A stretch of DNA of 64,000 bases from Carcharhinus amblyrhynchos (taxonomy: Eukaryota): contig OZ336882.1 of assembly GCA_965287045.1 (NCBI GenBank), positions 6,634,001-6,698,000 of the forward strand, given 5' to 3'. Under the pieces are notes generated by a model that did no database searches, was not told the origin of the DNA, and was given only the letters and a program-made list of their open reading frames with translations. Each line of letters opens with the position of its first letter. Within the stretch, counting starts at the first letter, position 1. Made by a program: the position numbers and the translations under genes. Positions 13,150 to 24,990 of the stretch are shown in pieces.

Positions 13150-13940
13150 TATGTTATGTAAGTTTCCAAGTAAACGGCTTCAAGGAAGAGACATGAAACC
13201 CACTCATCACACAAACTCCGCAATAACGGGTCAAGTTTTGCTACACTACCCTTCTGCAACCATGTTCCTCTTCCCACGCGAATCACCTTTAAAACCTCAG
13301 TGGATGCACATCGAATATGGAACAAGATAAAATCATCCGTGATACGACTAAGTGCTCTTGGGCGCATTTTTGTCAGTTTGGCTGAGAGGGGCGCAAGGGA
13401 TATCGCGGAAGTTCGAGTCAGTTCAGCGGACAAACACTTTCCCGCTGGGTGACCTGGGGACGCGTCACAACTGGCAGTGGCTGGATGTAGCTTACAGCCG
13501 GCTGGTTGGAAAGGGTGGCGGATACAGGGGCGCGGTGAGGAAGTCGATGGGATACATGGCGTTGGCGAACGGCTTCCTCCCACCAATGTCACCGCTTCCC
13601 TCTCACCTCACCGGATCCGCGGTCATCAACAGACCACATCTTCCTTTCCACACGGGCGACTCCAGAGCTGTGACAATTGTATTTCCTAAATAAATCTTAG
13701 TCTTTTCATTGGACGCCTGGAGACTTTCCCACCGAGATAATGCCTGAGCACAACTCTGATCGAGTTTGCAGTCTCGGGGACCTGCCTGTAATTCCTAATT
13801 GGACAAAGAGTCCGGAGGTGGGCTTTTCACTGGCCACCTTAGGGAAGATTTCCGGGCCATAGTGCCCATTAACTATTGCAGAGTCAGTCCTCAGTAATGA
13901 GGCAATCCTCGACTATGCCGCAAAGTGGTTCCGTCTGGTA
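13150..13940 (-). pseudogene. Highly decayed Pcdh variable-exon relic A, 3' part (EC5 end, EC6, TM, cytoplasmic)
   Basis: Minus-strand conceptual translation gives, in the correct order: CTCGATCAGA (LDQ, identical in exon 2), GSGEVRGKR*HWWEEAVRQRHV...PVSAT (compare NSGEVRSVRRFKDTDASMQTLL...PALSAT), and SAELTRTSAISLAPLSAKL (compare SSDLAFYIIISLGIISFLL). Confidence 0.65.
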
Positions 13941-14209
13941 AGAGTAAAGAAAGTTAAATATAAAGAAAAGAGCAAAAACCATCTAACCTGTTCTACTGAT
14001 GCTGTTTGAGGAGTACATATTAACCACGTCAATAAGTAGAAATCCCCTGTTCTCCTCCGAATAGTCCCATGGAATCATACTAACACTACCGATTCTGGAA
14101 CCCACTGTAAATTATAAAGGCTTATCACTTATTTGTTTTTGATTCATTCGTGGGATGCTACAGCAGCATCTGTTACCCATCTATAATTCACCCTTAAGAA
14201 TAGGTGTGA

Positions 14210-14525
14210 TGTGGCGACAGAGTGGTTGGCACTGCTGCCTCACAGTGCCAGGGACCCAGCTTTAATTTCAGCCCCGGGCCACAGCCGGTGTGGAGTTTGC
14301 ATGCTCTTCCGGTGTCTGCGTGGATTTTCTCCAGATGCTCCAGTTTCCCCCCTCAATCCAAAGATGCGTGGGTAACGTTGATTGGCCATGCCAAATTGAC
14401 ACCAGTGTCAGGGGAATTAGCAGGGTAATTATGTGAGGTTAGAGGAATAATGCCTGGGTAGCGTTGTGGTCGGTGCAGACTCGATGGGCTGAATGGCCTC
14501 CTTCTGCACTGTAGGAAACCTATGT
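14210..14525 (+). mobile_element. HE1-like V-SINE
   Basis: Head, V-domain and GAATGGCCTCCTTCTGCACTGTAGG tail. Confidence 0.85.
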
Positions 14526-14547
14526 GGTGGCGAGCTGCCATCTTGAA

Positions 14548-14760
14548 TCATGACGTGGTGATGCCAATGTTTGACTGGGTTGGGCACAGTTGAAAATTTC
14601 ACAAAACCAGGTTAAAGTCCAACCAATTTATTTGGAATCACGAGGTTTTTCAGCACTGCTTCTTTATCAGATGACTCACCTGATGAAGGAGCAGCGCTCT
14701 GAAAGTTCATGATCCAAAAAAACTTGTTGAACTTTAACCCGGTATTGTAAGACTTCTTAC
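14548..14760. mobile_element. Palindromic Penelope-like-derived short element carrying a minimal hammerhead-like motif
   Basis: About 85-bp inverted arms centred near 14674; CTGATGAA-GGAGC-AGC-GCTCT-GAAAG at 14680-14705. Confidence 0.72.
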
Positions 14761-14769
14761 GAGTTCAAA

Positions 14770-15220
14770 CATATTCTTTATCTATCTCGCCATCATTTCA
14801 GCCCATGCACGACAGTTTAAAACTTATCTGGCATTCACAGTAGTTTCGAGTTTTATATTTTCTGTATCACAATTACTGGCTTATTTTCAACTCCAGGACC
14901 ACTCCAGTAGCTGCATCTGCTTCTAACTCAGTCAATTAAAACCTTTATCCATGATTTTGTCATATTTTAAATGAGCTCTTTATGCCTCCTTGGCCCTGAA
15001 ACCTAAACTTAAACCGATCCATAATGCGATAGCCCATATCCAATTTTGCACTAGCTCCCAATTACCCATTCCACACAATCTGAGCTATGTTAGTATCCGG
15101 TGACCAAGATTTCACAATTAAAGCCTCATTCTAATGTCTTCACCCGTTGTAATCTTTTGCACATCTTTCAAACTCTTCAGTCCTTTGAAACTGCACTATT
15201 CCTCCCAAAATTTCAGTGAA
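14770..15220 (+). mobile_element. Old L2-like LINE fragment predating the duplication (paralog at about 26010-26440)
   Basis: AAACTTAAACCGATCCATAATGCGATAGCCCATATC resembles KLQLIQNAAARI; present in both units. Confidence 0.55.
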
Positions 15221-15229
15221 TAAATGGAA

Positions 15230-15550
15230 AGGTGCAGAGTAATTGTTGTTACTGGCCAAAGAGACATCAGGATTACAATTGGGTGGATAAAATTGAGATC
15301 CCAAACATGTTGTCACTAAAATTATATTTCGTTTTCCCAGATGTAGATAAGGCATCAATTTAGTTAGATAATAATTTACAAGATTGAAGAAGGTACACAT
15401 GATGCTCTATATGAACTGAAAGGAATGTTTGGAAATATGTTTAATCGTGTAGGTGGAAATAAAGTTATAGTTTGCCCCAACTCTGATGGAAAATATAGAA
15501 GTCACAAGAGGAAAGTTAACTGAATCTAATGCCTGGCACTGAAAGAATGC
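15230..15550 (-). pseudogene. Decayed Pcdh relic A, 5' part (EC1 end to EC2 start)
   Basis: ORF 15140-15400 contains IILVTTCLGSQFYPPNCNPDVSLAS, compared with EILESTPPGTRFPLQSAHDPDVGTNS in exon 1. A paralogous copy lies at about 26450-26760. Confidence 0.5.
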
Positions 15551-15629
15551 ACTGCTGGTATGAGGCTTCATAAAGGCAAGTGAGGCAAGAGTAAAACATA
15601 CTTCTATTAGCTGAATGGCTGTAAACTGG

Positions 15630-16345
15630 GAGAGGGGAGTGTGCACCAGCCACTGAAGGTAAGCATGCAGATGCAGCAGGAGATAAAGAAGGCTAATGGT
15701 ATGTTGGCCTTCATTGTGAGAGGTTTCGACTGCAGGAGCAGGGATGTGTTGTCGCAATTACACAGGGCTTTGGTGAAGCCACACCGAGAGTATTGTGCGC
15801 AGTTTTTGTCTCGTTTTCTTGAGGGTGGATGTTCTTGCTCTCGCGAGAGTGCCGTGAATGTTTACGAAGCTGATTCATTGGAATGGCGTGATTGATGTAT
15901 GAGGAAAGATTGATTAGATTAAGACTATTTTTGCAGGAGTTCAAATGAATGAGGGGGTATCTTATTGAGACTGATAATATTCTAACAGGATTAGACAGGG
16001 TACATTCAGGCAGGATATACCCGATGGTGGGGGAGTCTCGCACCAGGTCTCACAGTCTAAGGATTCAGGGCCACTTCAGACGGAGGTGAGGAGACATTTC
16101 TTCACTCAAAGAATGATGAGCTTGTGAAATTCATTACCACAGGAAGTTGTTGATGCCAAAACATTGAACACATTCAAGAGACGGTTGGACATAGCACTTG
16201 GGGTGAATGGGATCAAGGCTTATGGAGAAAATGCAGGATTAGGCTATTGAGCTGCAGTAGGCTATTGAGCCAATATTGTAATGAATGGCAGAAAGGGTCA
16301 AATGGCCTCCTCCGGATCCAATCTTCTATATTTCTGTGTTTTCAT
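15630..16345 (+). mobile_element. CR1 LINE 3' fragment specific to duplication unit 1
   Basis: HQPLKVSMQMQQEIKKANGMLAFI...LVKPHREYCAQF; absent at the paralogous site near 26780. Confidence 0.88.
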
Positions 16346-17199
16346 TATATTTCCCCTGCAATTGTTGGAAATGGAAGAAGGCCACAGTGAAACTATTTGG
16401 TTACCAGTGCAAACTGCAGTGTCAGTGATGTAGACACTTACAATCGACTGCATGACACCTTCTCCCCGCCTCTCCCCATCCCCACCCGCCCCCCCTTCCC
16501 TCCGCCACTCCATATAATAAATGTAAATGAATAATTGTAAAAGTTTGACTTTTAATGTTTACCTTTCCTTCTAAATGTTTGGTTAATCCATGTTATTTTC
16601 GTCTGATATTCCCTAGCATTTTCACTCGTAAAAATGAATGTGCAGCCTTCCTCTGCTTCTCTGGAAGCAAGGATGAGAAACTTTGCAACATTCTGGAAAT
16701 GACTTTGGAGTCCTTGAGTAAAAATTTCCAGCAACGTATGGCGTACTATTCAGTTCAGTCCTGTCTGTGCTCCTTGATCACGCAGATTATGTAGATGTAT
16801 AGTATCACATTTACAAACAAACAATCACTGCTGTTGCTCCCTTTATGACCTTCCAACATATTGTGGGCATGTTGAAATTCCAATCACATCGACAGAATAT
16901 AAGCATGGTAGGCAACTACATAAACAAGGTACGATGAAATTGAATGTAGCCAAATCCATTTCCAGAATATATATTTTGCTGCTGCGTGGTCTAGCTGACA
17001 AGGAACTGGCAAAATTACAAGATATATATAACGGTTGAAATCTATGAATAGATAAAGTGTTTGATTATTTTATAAGTCTTAATTGTATACCACAAATTAT
17101 GCTTTAGAGTATACCAGGTAATTGCCTTCGTTCTAGCTCAGCATTAATTAATATCTGGGATTTCCATAAGATAGTGATTGAATTTGATGATTGTTAACA

Positions 17200-17545
17200 T
17201 AACATGAGGGGCTTGGACACCCTGAGTAGGCAGTAGCTGTTTCCCTTGGTAAAGAGGACTACCACGAGGGGACAAAGCTTTAGGGTGAGGGGCAGGAGAT
17301 TCTGAGATAATTTGAGGAAACATTCCTTCACTCAGAGGGTGGTGGGAATCTGCAATGCACGACATGGGATGGTAGGGGAGGCCGGAAAACTTACAACCGT
17401 TAAAAAGTATTTAGATGAGCACTTGAAATGTCAACATTCAACGATATGGGAAAATTCCTGGAAAGTGGAATTAGTCTGATATTTTGCGGCAGTTTATGCA
17501 TGTGCAGGCTCAAGGGCATTTTCTGTGCTGCATGATTCAAAGACT
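17200..17545 (+). mobile_element. CR1 LINE 3' end
   Basis: TTCACTCAGAGGGTGGTGGGAATCTG (FTQRVV..W) and a CR1-type tail. Confidence 0.75.
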
Positions 17546-17875
17546 ACAACAAAATGTTAGATATTGGAAAAAAAAGAAACAGATTAGAGTACTAAATATT
17601 CACAGTAAAGCCTAATATTTGACATTGCATTAATTCCTTATGAAACGCAAGTGGATTGCTTTTTGGCAAAAACGATGTTGGTTAACGTGCAACGTAGTAA
17701 GAAACGATATATTGAGGGTTTTGATAGAACAAACTGGGACAAAAATAGAAAATGCTGGAAATCCAAAACAGCTGGATCAGCACCTGAACTTTAGGTTATC
17801 TGTTTCTTCCAGGTGCTGGTCCTCAAGCTATAATCTTCCAATATTGTTTTCTTTACTGAGACGTGCGATACTCAC

Positions 17876-20386
17876 CTCACCAGAAAAATACGGCCGGCTT
17901 TTCGTTAAGCTTTCAGATTGTTCTGATAGGCATGTTCTATTATTCTTCCTAGAAGACCCAGAAGTTGTTGGACTGACTGGAGCGAAATACATCAATTCCA
18001 TTTTGGTTGCCTCTGGTGCTGATCGAATCTTGTAACGGTATGGTTCTGAAAGAGACCCGTTTCCTCGAACCTCAAGGACGTTAGTAATCAATGTGGAGTC
18101 TGGTACAACCTGAAGGTTGGCATGCGAATTCTGCACTCTCGCTTTGGCCTCTAATTCTCTGGCACAGCAACAATTGGTAAGAAAACAATTCCCAGTGCGG
18201 CCTGATTGTCTTTCGCTTGGGCAAATGACAATAACAAGGACAATTATTATAATAAGAAGTAAAAAAGATATTATTCCCAAGGAAATTATTATGTAAAATG
18301 CCAAATCGGAAGATTGCTGCACATCTCGATGAGGATCCTGAACCTCTGACCGAATTTGTTCATCCGGTTCAATTATAGTGAGTGTAATCGTTGTACTGGC
18401 GGAGAGAGGAGGGTGTCCATTGTCCTTTACCTGGATGACCAGTCTTTGTGTGACGCCGTCACTATCCTTAAATCGGCGAATACTTCTAATTTCTCCCGAG
18501 TTTGGTGTAACTCTAAATAGTCCTGGGTCGGTGGCTTGCAGGATTTGATAAGAGAGCCGTGCATTCTGTCCAGAATCAGCATCAGAAGCAATTATCTTCA
18601 TTACCAAAAATCCTGGCTCTGCAGATCGAGGAACAACCGTCTTACTGTGGTTCACTGCGCTAGGTGTAGTAATGACAGGATAGTTGTCATTCTGATCGAG
18701 AATAATCACATTGACGGTGATGTTGCCAGTAAGCAATGGCAAGCCCACATCTTGAGCTTGAACTCGAATCTTAAAGCTTTTAATCTTCTCGTAATCAAAG
18801 GAGCGCTGCGAATAGATAATGCCATTTTTGGAATTGATTGAAACATATGAAGACACTGGAGCTCCCTGGACATCACTTTCCTGAATTCTGTAGGATATCT
18901 GGGAATTTTGTTCAGTGTCTGGGTCGAAAGCGGTTACTGATCCAATTGAATTTCCAGGTGTGTTGTTCTCGGCCACATACACTGTGTGTGAAGACTGTAC
19001 AAAGCTGGGTCCGTTGTCATTTACATCTGAAACCTGTACAATCATGGTTTTATTTGTGGATAGCGGAGGACTTCCCTTGTCTTTACATGTCACAGTCACT
19101 GCGTATTCCTGGGTACGTTCCCGATCCAGCACGCCGTTTATGGTCAGTCTGTATGAATTTCTAAAGGAGGGGCTCAGCTCAAATGGGACATGTGAGGATA
19201 TCTGACAATCTGTACGGCCGTTATTATGTGCGTCCCTATCTGTAACACTGACAAGTGCTATCAATGTCCCTGTTGGAGCATCCTCGCTGATTGTACTGGA
19301 AACTGGTTTTAAAATCAATTCCGGCTCATTGTCATTAACGTCCTTAATGTCCACCCGAACAGTACAGTGTGCAGATAGTGATGGTGTCCCCTTGTCCTTA
19401 GCTTCCACGTGAAATTCATAAAGATGTATTTCTTCAAAATCCAAATTTCCCTTTACGCTGATTTCACCGGAATTTGCATTAATTCTAAATACTTCCGGTA
19501 CTTTTTCCTCGCTGTAGCTACTTAAAGAATAAACAATGTCGCCGTTGGGCCCATCATCCAAATCAGTCGCGTTCAGTTTTGCCACTAAAGTACCGAGTGG
19601 AACATTTTCCCTTAAACTAGCAACGTACAAGGACTGTTGGAAAACTGGCGCATTGTCATTAATATCGAGGATAATGATGGTTACCTCAGCAATTCCTGAC
19701 CTCTCGGGTATTCCGCCATCAACAGCAGTGAGCAACAAATGTTGTGACGATTCTTTCTCGCGGTCAAGAGGTTTCTCCAACACCAGTTTAGGAATTTTCC
19801 ATTTTCCAAGAGTCTGTACATCTAAGACGAAGTGTTCATTTGGAGTGAGCTGGTAAATTTGGACAGAATTACTTCCAACATCAGGATCCTGTGCGGCCTC
19901 CAGAATAAACCGGGTTCCAGGTGTGGCCGATTCCGCAATCTCCAAACGGATTTCTCTGTTGGAGAAACTGGGGGAGTTATCATTTATATCCACAATCTCG
20001 ACCTCGATATCGTACTGTTCCACAGGATCATCAATCTCAAGTTCCAAAGGCAGAAAACAGGTAAGACTCTGTCCGCAGAGTGTTTCCCTGTCTATTCTTT
20101 TATTCACAAATAATATTCCATTCTGGAGGTTTACATCAAAATATTGCAATGGCGATTTGGAAACGAACCGGAATCTGCGAGTTAAAAGCTCATCTGAATT
20201 TAATGCCAGGTCTTTGGCGATTGTTCCTACCAAAGCACCGTACTCTAATTCTTCTGGAATGGAGTAACGAATCTGCCCCGAAACCAGGCTCCAGGCACAT
20301 AACAGCAAAATGGACGCCGTGTTTCTCATCAAGAAACCCTCTGTACGTGTTAAATCCTTTCCGGGGATGTGTTTTGCGATCCTCAT
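17876..20386 (-). CDS. Clustered protocadherin variable exon 2 (recent paralog of exon 3)
   Basis: The 852-aa ORF has six cadherin repeats, CGQSLTC, a TM and EVRGNGSLSEPYRYKI. Donor GAG|GTGAGT at 17876/17875 is phase 0. A second in-frame ATG at 20329 (MRNTASILLL) may be the true start. Confidence 0.96.
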
Positions 20387-20544
20387 CGTTTCTTGTGTCT
20401 GGTATTATCAGTTATTCCGTCACAAGAAAGTCAGATGATGCAGCAGATACGTTGACAAGCAAGGAGACCTTCTCAGCGGATAGCTCGGTGTATTCACTTG
20501 AACGGCAATAACCTGCCTGCTTTCATCCCTCAGTGTTGGGGGCT

Positions 20545-20622
20545 GGGTGGTGGATCTCCAGCTAAATTTATTTCCCTTATTGGTAGACAGCGACACAAAG
20601 AGTCTTTGCCTATAACTACACT
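20545..20622 (-). promoter_or_regulatory. Pcdh promoter CSE for exon 2
   Basis: ATTGGTAGACAGCGACACAA at 20579-20598, flanked by GGGTGGTGGATCTCCAGC and CTATAACTACA blocks. Confidence 0.9.
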
Positions 20623-21579
20623 GAGGTCATATTAAAGCTAGGCATCAGGTAATTTGTGAAAATCTCTACTTTCTGATGTCCACAGTACCTTCACCTCAGT
20701 GTTAATGTAAGTCTACTTGTGACAGTAATAAATAAGTGTAATTGAATAAATTTAGGAGAGCACTTAGCAGATAAATCATGTGTTGATGATTTGATTCATT
20801 TTATTGTTAACAAGTAAATTAACTATTGCATTTGCAGTATACATTTTTAAGACAATACAGCATATTTTTGCGGCCACAGAAAAGGCCATGTCCGTGTTTT
20901 GTGTTATTTTGTTTTTATTCCTAGCAGTCGTAATGTGTGGAAATGCTGTAAATACTCTGCTGATCTGGCAGCATCTGCAAAGTGTGAAACAAGAGTTTAA
21001 TTTCAGGCCTGTGACTTCTTTCAGAACTGGGAAAAGTTAGGTAAATGGGTTCTGAGCAAGAAATGAGTGGGATAAGGACAAAAGGAAGGCAGAAGAGATT
21101 AAAAAGACAGCTTCCAACGCCAAAGTGATATAGACATGACAAAGAAAGAAACAAAGTATGCACTTAGAGCAGGTGTGCTTTTGATTTTAAAAAGGGATAA
21201 AAATGTGAAACAGGAAGATAAAAGTAAACCAAATGCTCACTGAGATATGTTTTGAAATTGCTGAAAGTGATTTCGTTTCTTCCAAATTCTACTGGATTTT
21301 TCACGGAGATGACTTGGCGTCTAGATAACAGTAGTGTACTTGATTTAACCGATGTGGACTTCAGGGGGACTCTAGACGAGATCCCACATGGCATCCAGAG
21401 CAATTTGATTAACTGGATTCCAAAATTGGCTTCGTGGCAAGAGGCAGAGTGCGATGGTTGAAGATTGTTTTTGTGACTGGAGGCTAGGGTCCAGTGGTGC
21501 TCTGCAGGGATCAGTGCTGGATCCCTTGTTGTTTGTAATGTACATTAATTACCTGGATGTCAGCAGCTCAGTGGAAAAG

Positions 21580-21920
21580 TGGGCAGCATGGTGGTACAGT
21601 TGTTAGCACTGCGGCCTCACAGCTCCAGGGGCTCAGGTTCAATTCCAAGGTTGAGAGACTGTGTAAAGTTTGCATGTACTCCGTGTATCTTCGACGGTTT
21701 CCTCCAGGTGCTCCAGTTTCCTCCCACAGAGCAAAGGTTAGGTAGATTGACTGTGCTAAATCGTCCCATATTGTCCCAAGATGTGTAGTTTAGGAGGATT
21801 AACAAGTAAATATGTGGTGTTGTGGGGATAGGGCGTGTGTAAGATCCTCTGTTAAAGAGTCTTTGCAGACTCGATGGGCCGAATGGCCTCCATCTGCATT
21901 ATAGGGGTCCTATTCTATGA
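21580..21920 (+). mobile_element. HE1-like V-SINE nested in a CR1
   Basis: Head, V-domain and CR1-type tail interrupt the CR1 RT remnant. Confidence 0.83.
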
Positions 21921-22496
21921 GTGTAGCAGGTGTGACAAGTAAGCTCGCAGCTGACGCAAAGTTTTGTGCTAAATAGTGAGAAGCTTAGTTTCAGATTACA
22001 GGACAGTAAAGATGGACTGGCTGCAAGGCAGAAAAGTGGCAAATAGAATTTTAGGCTGAAAAGCATGAGGTTATGAATTTTGGATGGCTTAACAAGGCAA
22101 GAGAATATACAATGAAACATCGGGCCCGAGGAAGTACGAAGGACCAGACAGAGCTTGAGGCGCATGTCCATTGATCCCCGAAGACAGCAGAACAAGGAGA
22201 TATGGTGGTAAAGAAGGCACATGGGACATTTGTCTTTACTAAACGAGAATATGATACAGCTGTATAAAGTGCTGGAGTTCAGTATACGGTTCTGGTTGCC
22301 CAATATAGGAAGGTAGTGGTTGCACTAGATCAGGTGCAGAGGAGATTCACCAGGATGGTGCCTGGATTTGAGCGTTATAGCTCGAGAGGCTGTTATTATT
22401 TTCCTTGCAGCAGAGAAGGCTGAAAGGGGACCTGAGTGAAGTGTATAAAACAATACAAAGCATGGATAGGGGGGAAATTTTCCCCTCAGTAGAGGG

Positions 22497-22798
22497 GGTG
22501 ACATGGTGGCACTGTGGTTAGCACTGTTGTCTCACAATGTTAGGAACCCAAGTTCGATTCTTGGCTTGGGTCACTGGCTGTGTGGACTCTACACGTTCTC
22601 CCTGTGTCTGCGTGGGTTTCCTTCGGACGTTCCAGTTTCCTCCCACAATCCAAAAGATATGCTGGTTAGGTGCATAGGCTATGCTAAATTCTTCCTCTGT
22701 GCACCCAAACAGGCAACGGAGCATGGTGACTCGGGAATTTTCACACCAACTTCATTGCAGTATCAATGTAAGCTTTTAACGCTAATAAATAAACTTTT
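22497..22798 (+). mobile_element. V-SINE with the alternative tail, nested in a CR1
   Basis: Head and V-domain followed by ACTTCATTGCAGT...AATAAATAAACTTT. Confidence 0.83.
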
Positions 22799-23074
22799 AG
22801 TAATTAGCGGGCATAGATTTAAGATAAGGGGCAGGGGATTTAGAGGGGATTAGAGGAAAAACGTTTTCATCCAGAGGAGGGTGGGAATCTGGAACTCATT
22901 GCCTGAAAGGATGGTAGGGCACGCTCACGATCTTTGAAATCTTGCCCTTACAGAGTTGTGACCGTGCAGATGAAGGTCATTCGACCATCATGTGTCCACC
23001 GATTCACCTACGGTATAACTTAAAGTCATTTCCGTGTTTTTCCCGTACCCCTGAGCATTGTTTCTATTTGAATA

Positions 23075-23404
23075 ATCATAGAATCACAGAACTCCTACAG
23101 TGCAGAAGGAGGCCAGTCGGCCCATCGAGTCTGCACTGATCACAATCCCACCCAGGTCCTATCCCCGTAACCCCACATATTTACCCTGCTAATGCTCCTG
23201 ACACTATGGCCAATTTAGCACTGCCTGCCAACCTAACCGGCACACATTTTGACTGTGGGAGGAAACTGGAGCACCCGGAGGAAACCCAAGCAGATACGGC
23301 GAAAATGTGCAGACTCCACATAGACAGTGACCCAAGCCATGAATCGAACCCAGATCCCTGGAGCTCTAAGGCAGCATCGCTAACCAATCTGCTACTGTGC
23401 CGCC
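23075..23404 (-). mobile_element. HE1-like V-SINE, relatively young
   Basis: CATAGAATCACAGAACTCCTACAGTGCAGAAGGAGGCC...GGAAACTGGAGCACCCGGAGGAAACCC on the + strand, with CpGs retained. Confidence 0.9.
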
Positions 23405-23649
23405 AATCATCTAATGCCTTCTTGTGATTTTTTTGTGTGATACCCATTAGATTTTCTGTAACTAAATCAGAAGTTTGCACAGAAGGCATGTCTGTATTAT
23501 GGGGCAGCTTTTACTGTCAAAATGAAAAGTCAAGTAGCTTCTTGCGAATCTTGTAGACCGCCCCTCAATTTCAGGATGATGTCCGCACATGATCGCGCGT
23601 TTTTGCCATGGTCTGGATAGAACTAAATATATTGATTCCGGACCAAAGA

Positions 23650-24990
23650 TTTTCGGACACGTGGGCAGGATTTCATGGTAGCGGGAGACGGAATGCAGAA
23701 TTTATTTATCTTTTGTTCCTTCTCTGCTACCACTCTGCCTGTTGAGGATTTTGGATTTAAAGCATCATACGCTCGATGGATAAATAGTCGATCTTTTAAA
23801 CTTTTAATAGCAAGTTCCTCTCAGTCATTAATGTCGATGTTGTTCCACGTCAAGGGGGTCTTCGGCTATCCGGGTAAAATATCCAGGCCAGCATATGGTT
23901 TTATCAGGGCTACTGCCTGTACGCTTGGGGGTCTGGCTTCAAGAAGGTCACTAGCGCTTGTTCAGTGTTTCTTTGTATTCATTCATGCGATGTGGGCGTC
24001 ACTGGCTGGACCAACATTTACTGCCCATCCCAAACAGCTCTCCATTTCAGAGAGGCATTTAAGAGTCAACCACATTTCTGTGGCTGTGGAGTCACATGTA
24101 CGCCAGACCAGATTAAGGCGGCAGATTTGTTTCACTAAAGGTAATTAGTGAACACGATGTGTTTTTGTTTTACGACAATCGTTTCATGGTCATCATTAAA
24201 CTTTTTAATTGCAGGTGTTTACTGAATTCAATTTCACCATTTGTCTTAGTGGGATTTGAACCCAGGTCTCCAAATCTTCACCTGGATTATTCGTCCAGGA
24301 AAAATACCACGACACCACTGCCTCCCTGGAGAATTTAGTGTTCTAAATGACGAACAATTGCCCGGAAATATCATACTTGCAATGGGCCCACTTTACGCGG
24401 GGAACCAACTCGCATCAACAGAAAAAAAACAAAGGAAATCTTCCATTTACATTGCGCATTTTAGGTGGGAGGGATTTCACAGAGGTTCGCGCCAATTCAA
24501 TGGACTTCTTCGCTTCAGGCAACCTGAAACGGATGACAAATGGCAGAGGCTAGAGGTAATTTTCATGTAACTGACTGGAAATGTTGAAGGTTGCCTACAA
24601 TCACCAGCACTCTTCCTTCTGGGCTCACTGGATCCGCGCCCACTAATGGGCCACCGCTGCGGTGGGCAGGTGACCTTTCGAGGAGCTTCCCTTTCACATG
24701 GTTAACCTCAGAGCTGTGATAATTGTTGCTTAAATAAATCGTAACCCCTCCAAAGACCTGGAGATGGAGAAGGCTCACGTTCACACCGAGACAATGCCTG
24801 AACCCAACTCTAATCTTGTTTGCAGAGTCAGGAACCTACTTGTCATTCTTAAATGGACAACAAACACGGAGGTGGCCTTTCAATCTTCAGCAAGATTTCC
24901 AGATGGGTGTGCCCAATAGTCACTGCAGAGACAGAACCCAATATTTACTTGACCCTCAACTGTGCCTTAAAGTGCACACGATTTCATCCG
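23650..24990 (-). pseudogene. Decayed Pcdh relic B (duplicate of relic A), interrupted by a SINE at about 23975-24325
   Basis: Colinear with 13300-13940. TATTTAAGCAACAATTATCACAGCT resembles exon 4 TATTTGGCAACAAAAATCATTGCT (YLATKIIA). GSSEPR matches SGExR, and the part left of the SINE reads LDV...LRGTCY*KF (compare LEVRGNGSPSGTYRYKI). Confidence 0.6.
23975..24325 (-). mobile_element. Second tRNA-derived SINE family (GATGGGCA...AAATGCTGG...ATGAATGAAT tail)
   Basis: Matches copies at 35305-35645 (-) and 55780-56103 (+). The tail is shared with the LINE 3' end at 58255-58305. Confidence 0.75.

Larger units (their letters stand above)
13060..21130. repeat. Tandem segmental duplication, unit 1 (relic + exon 2 + promoter)
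   Basis: Colinear non-coding anchors shared with unit 2: 13733/24787, 15111/26349, 16362/26799, 17547/27674, 17611/30781, 20641/33831 and 20937/34074. Confidence 0.88.
21290..22930 (+). mobile_element. CR1 LINE RT-to-3' fragment interrupted by two SINEs
   Basis: CAGGGATCAGTGCTGGATCCCTTGTTGTTTGTAATGTACATTAAT (QGSVL.PLLF..YIN) and downstream CR1 C-terminal motifs. Confidence 0.82.

Noticed and set aside
16460-16510. C-rich tract (G-quadruplex-like on the minus strand); also an AT microduplication at 44508-44540
   Set aside because: Low-complexity expansions. The C-rich tract is absent from the paralogous unit and there is no evidence of function.
24790-24880. + strand LVCRVRNLLVILKW resembling an Ig C1 strand
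   Set aside because: Better explained as the antisense of Pcdh relic B; the frame has stops and no second cysteine motif.
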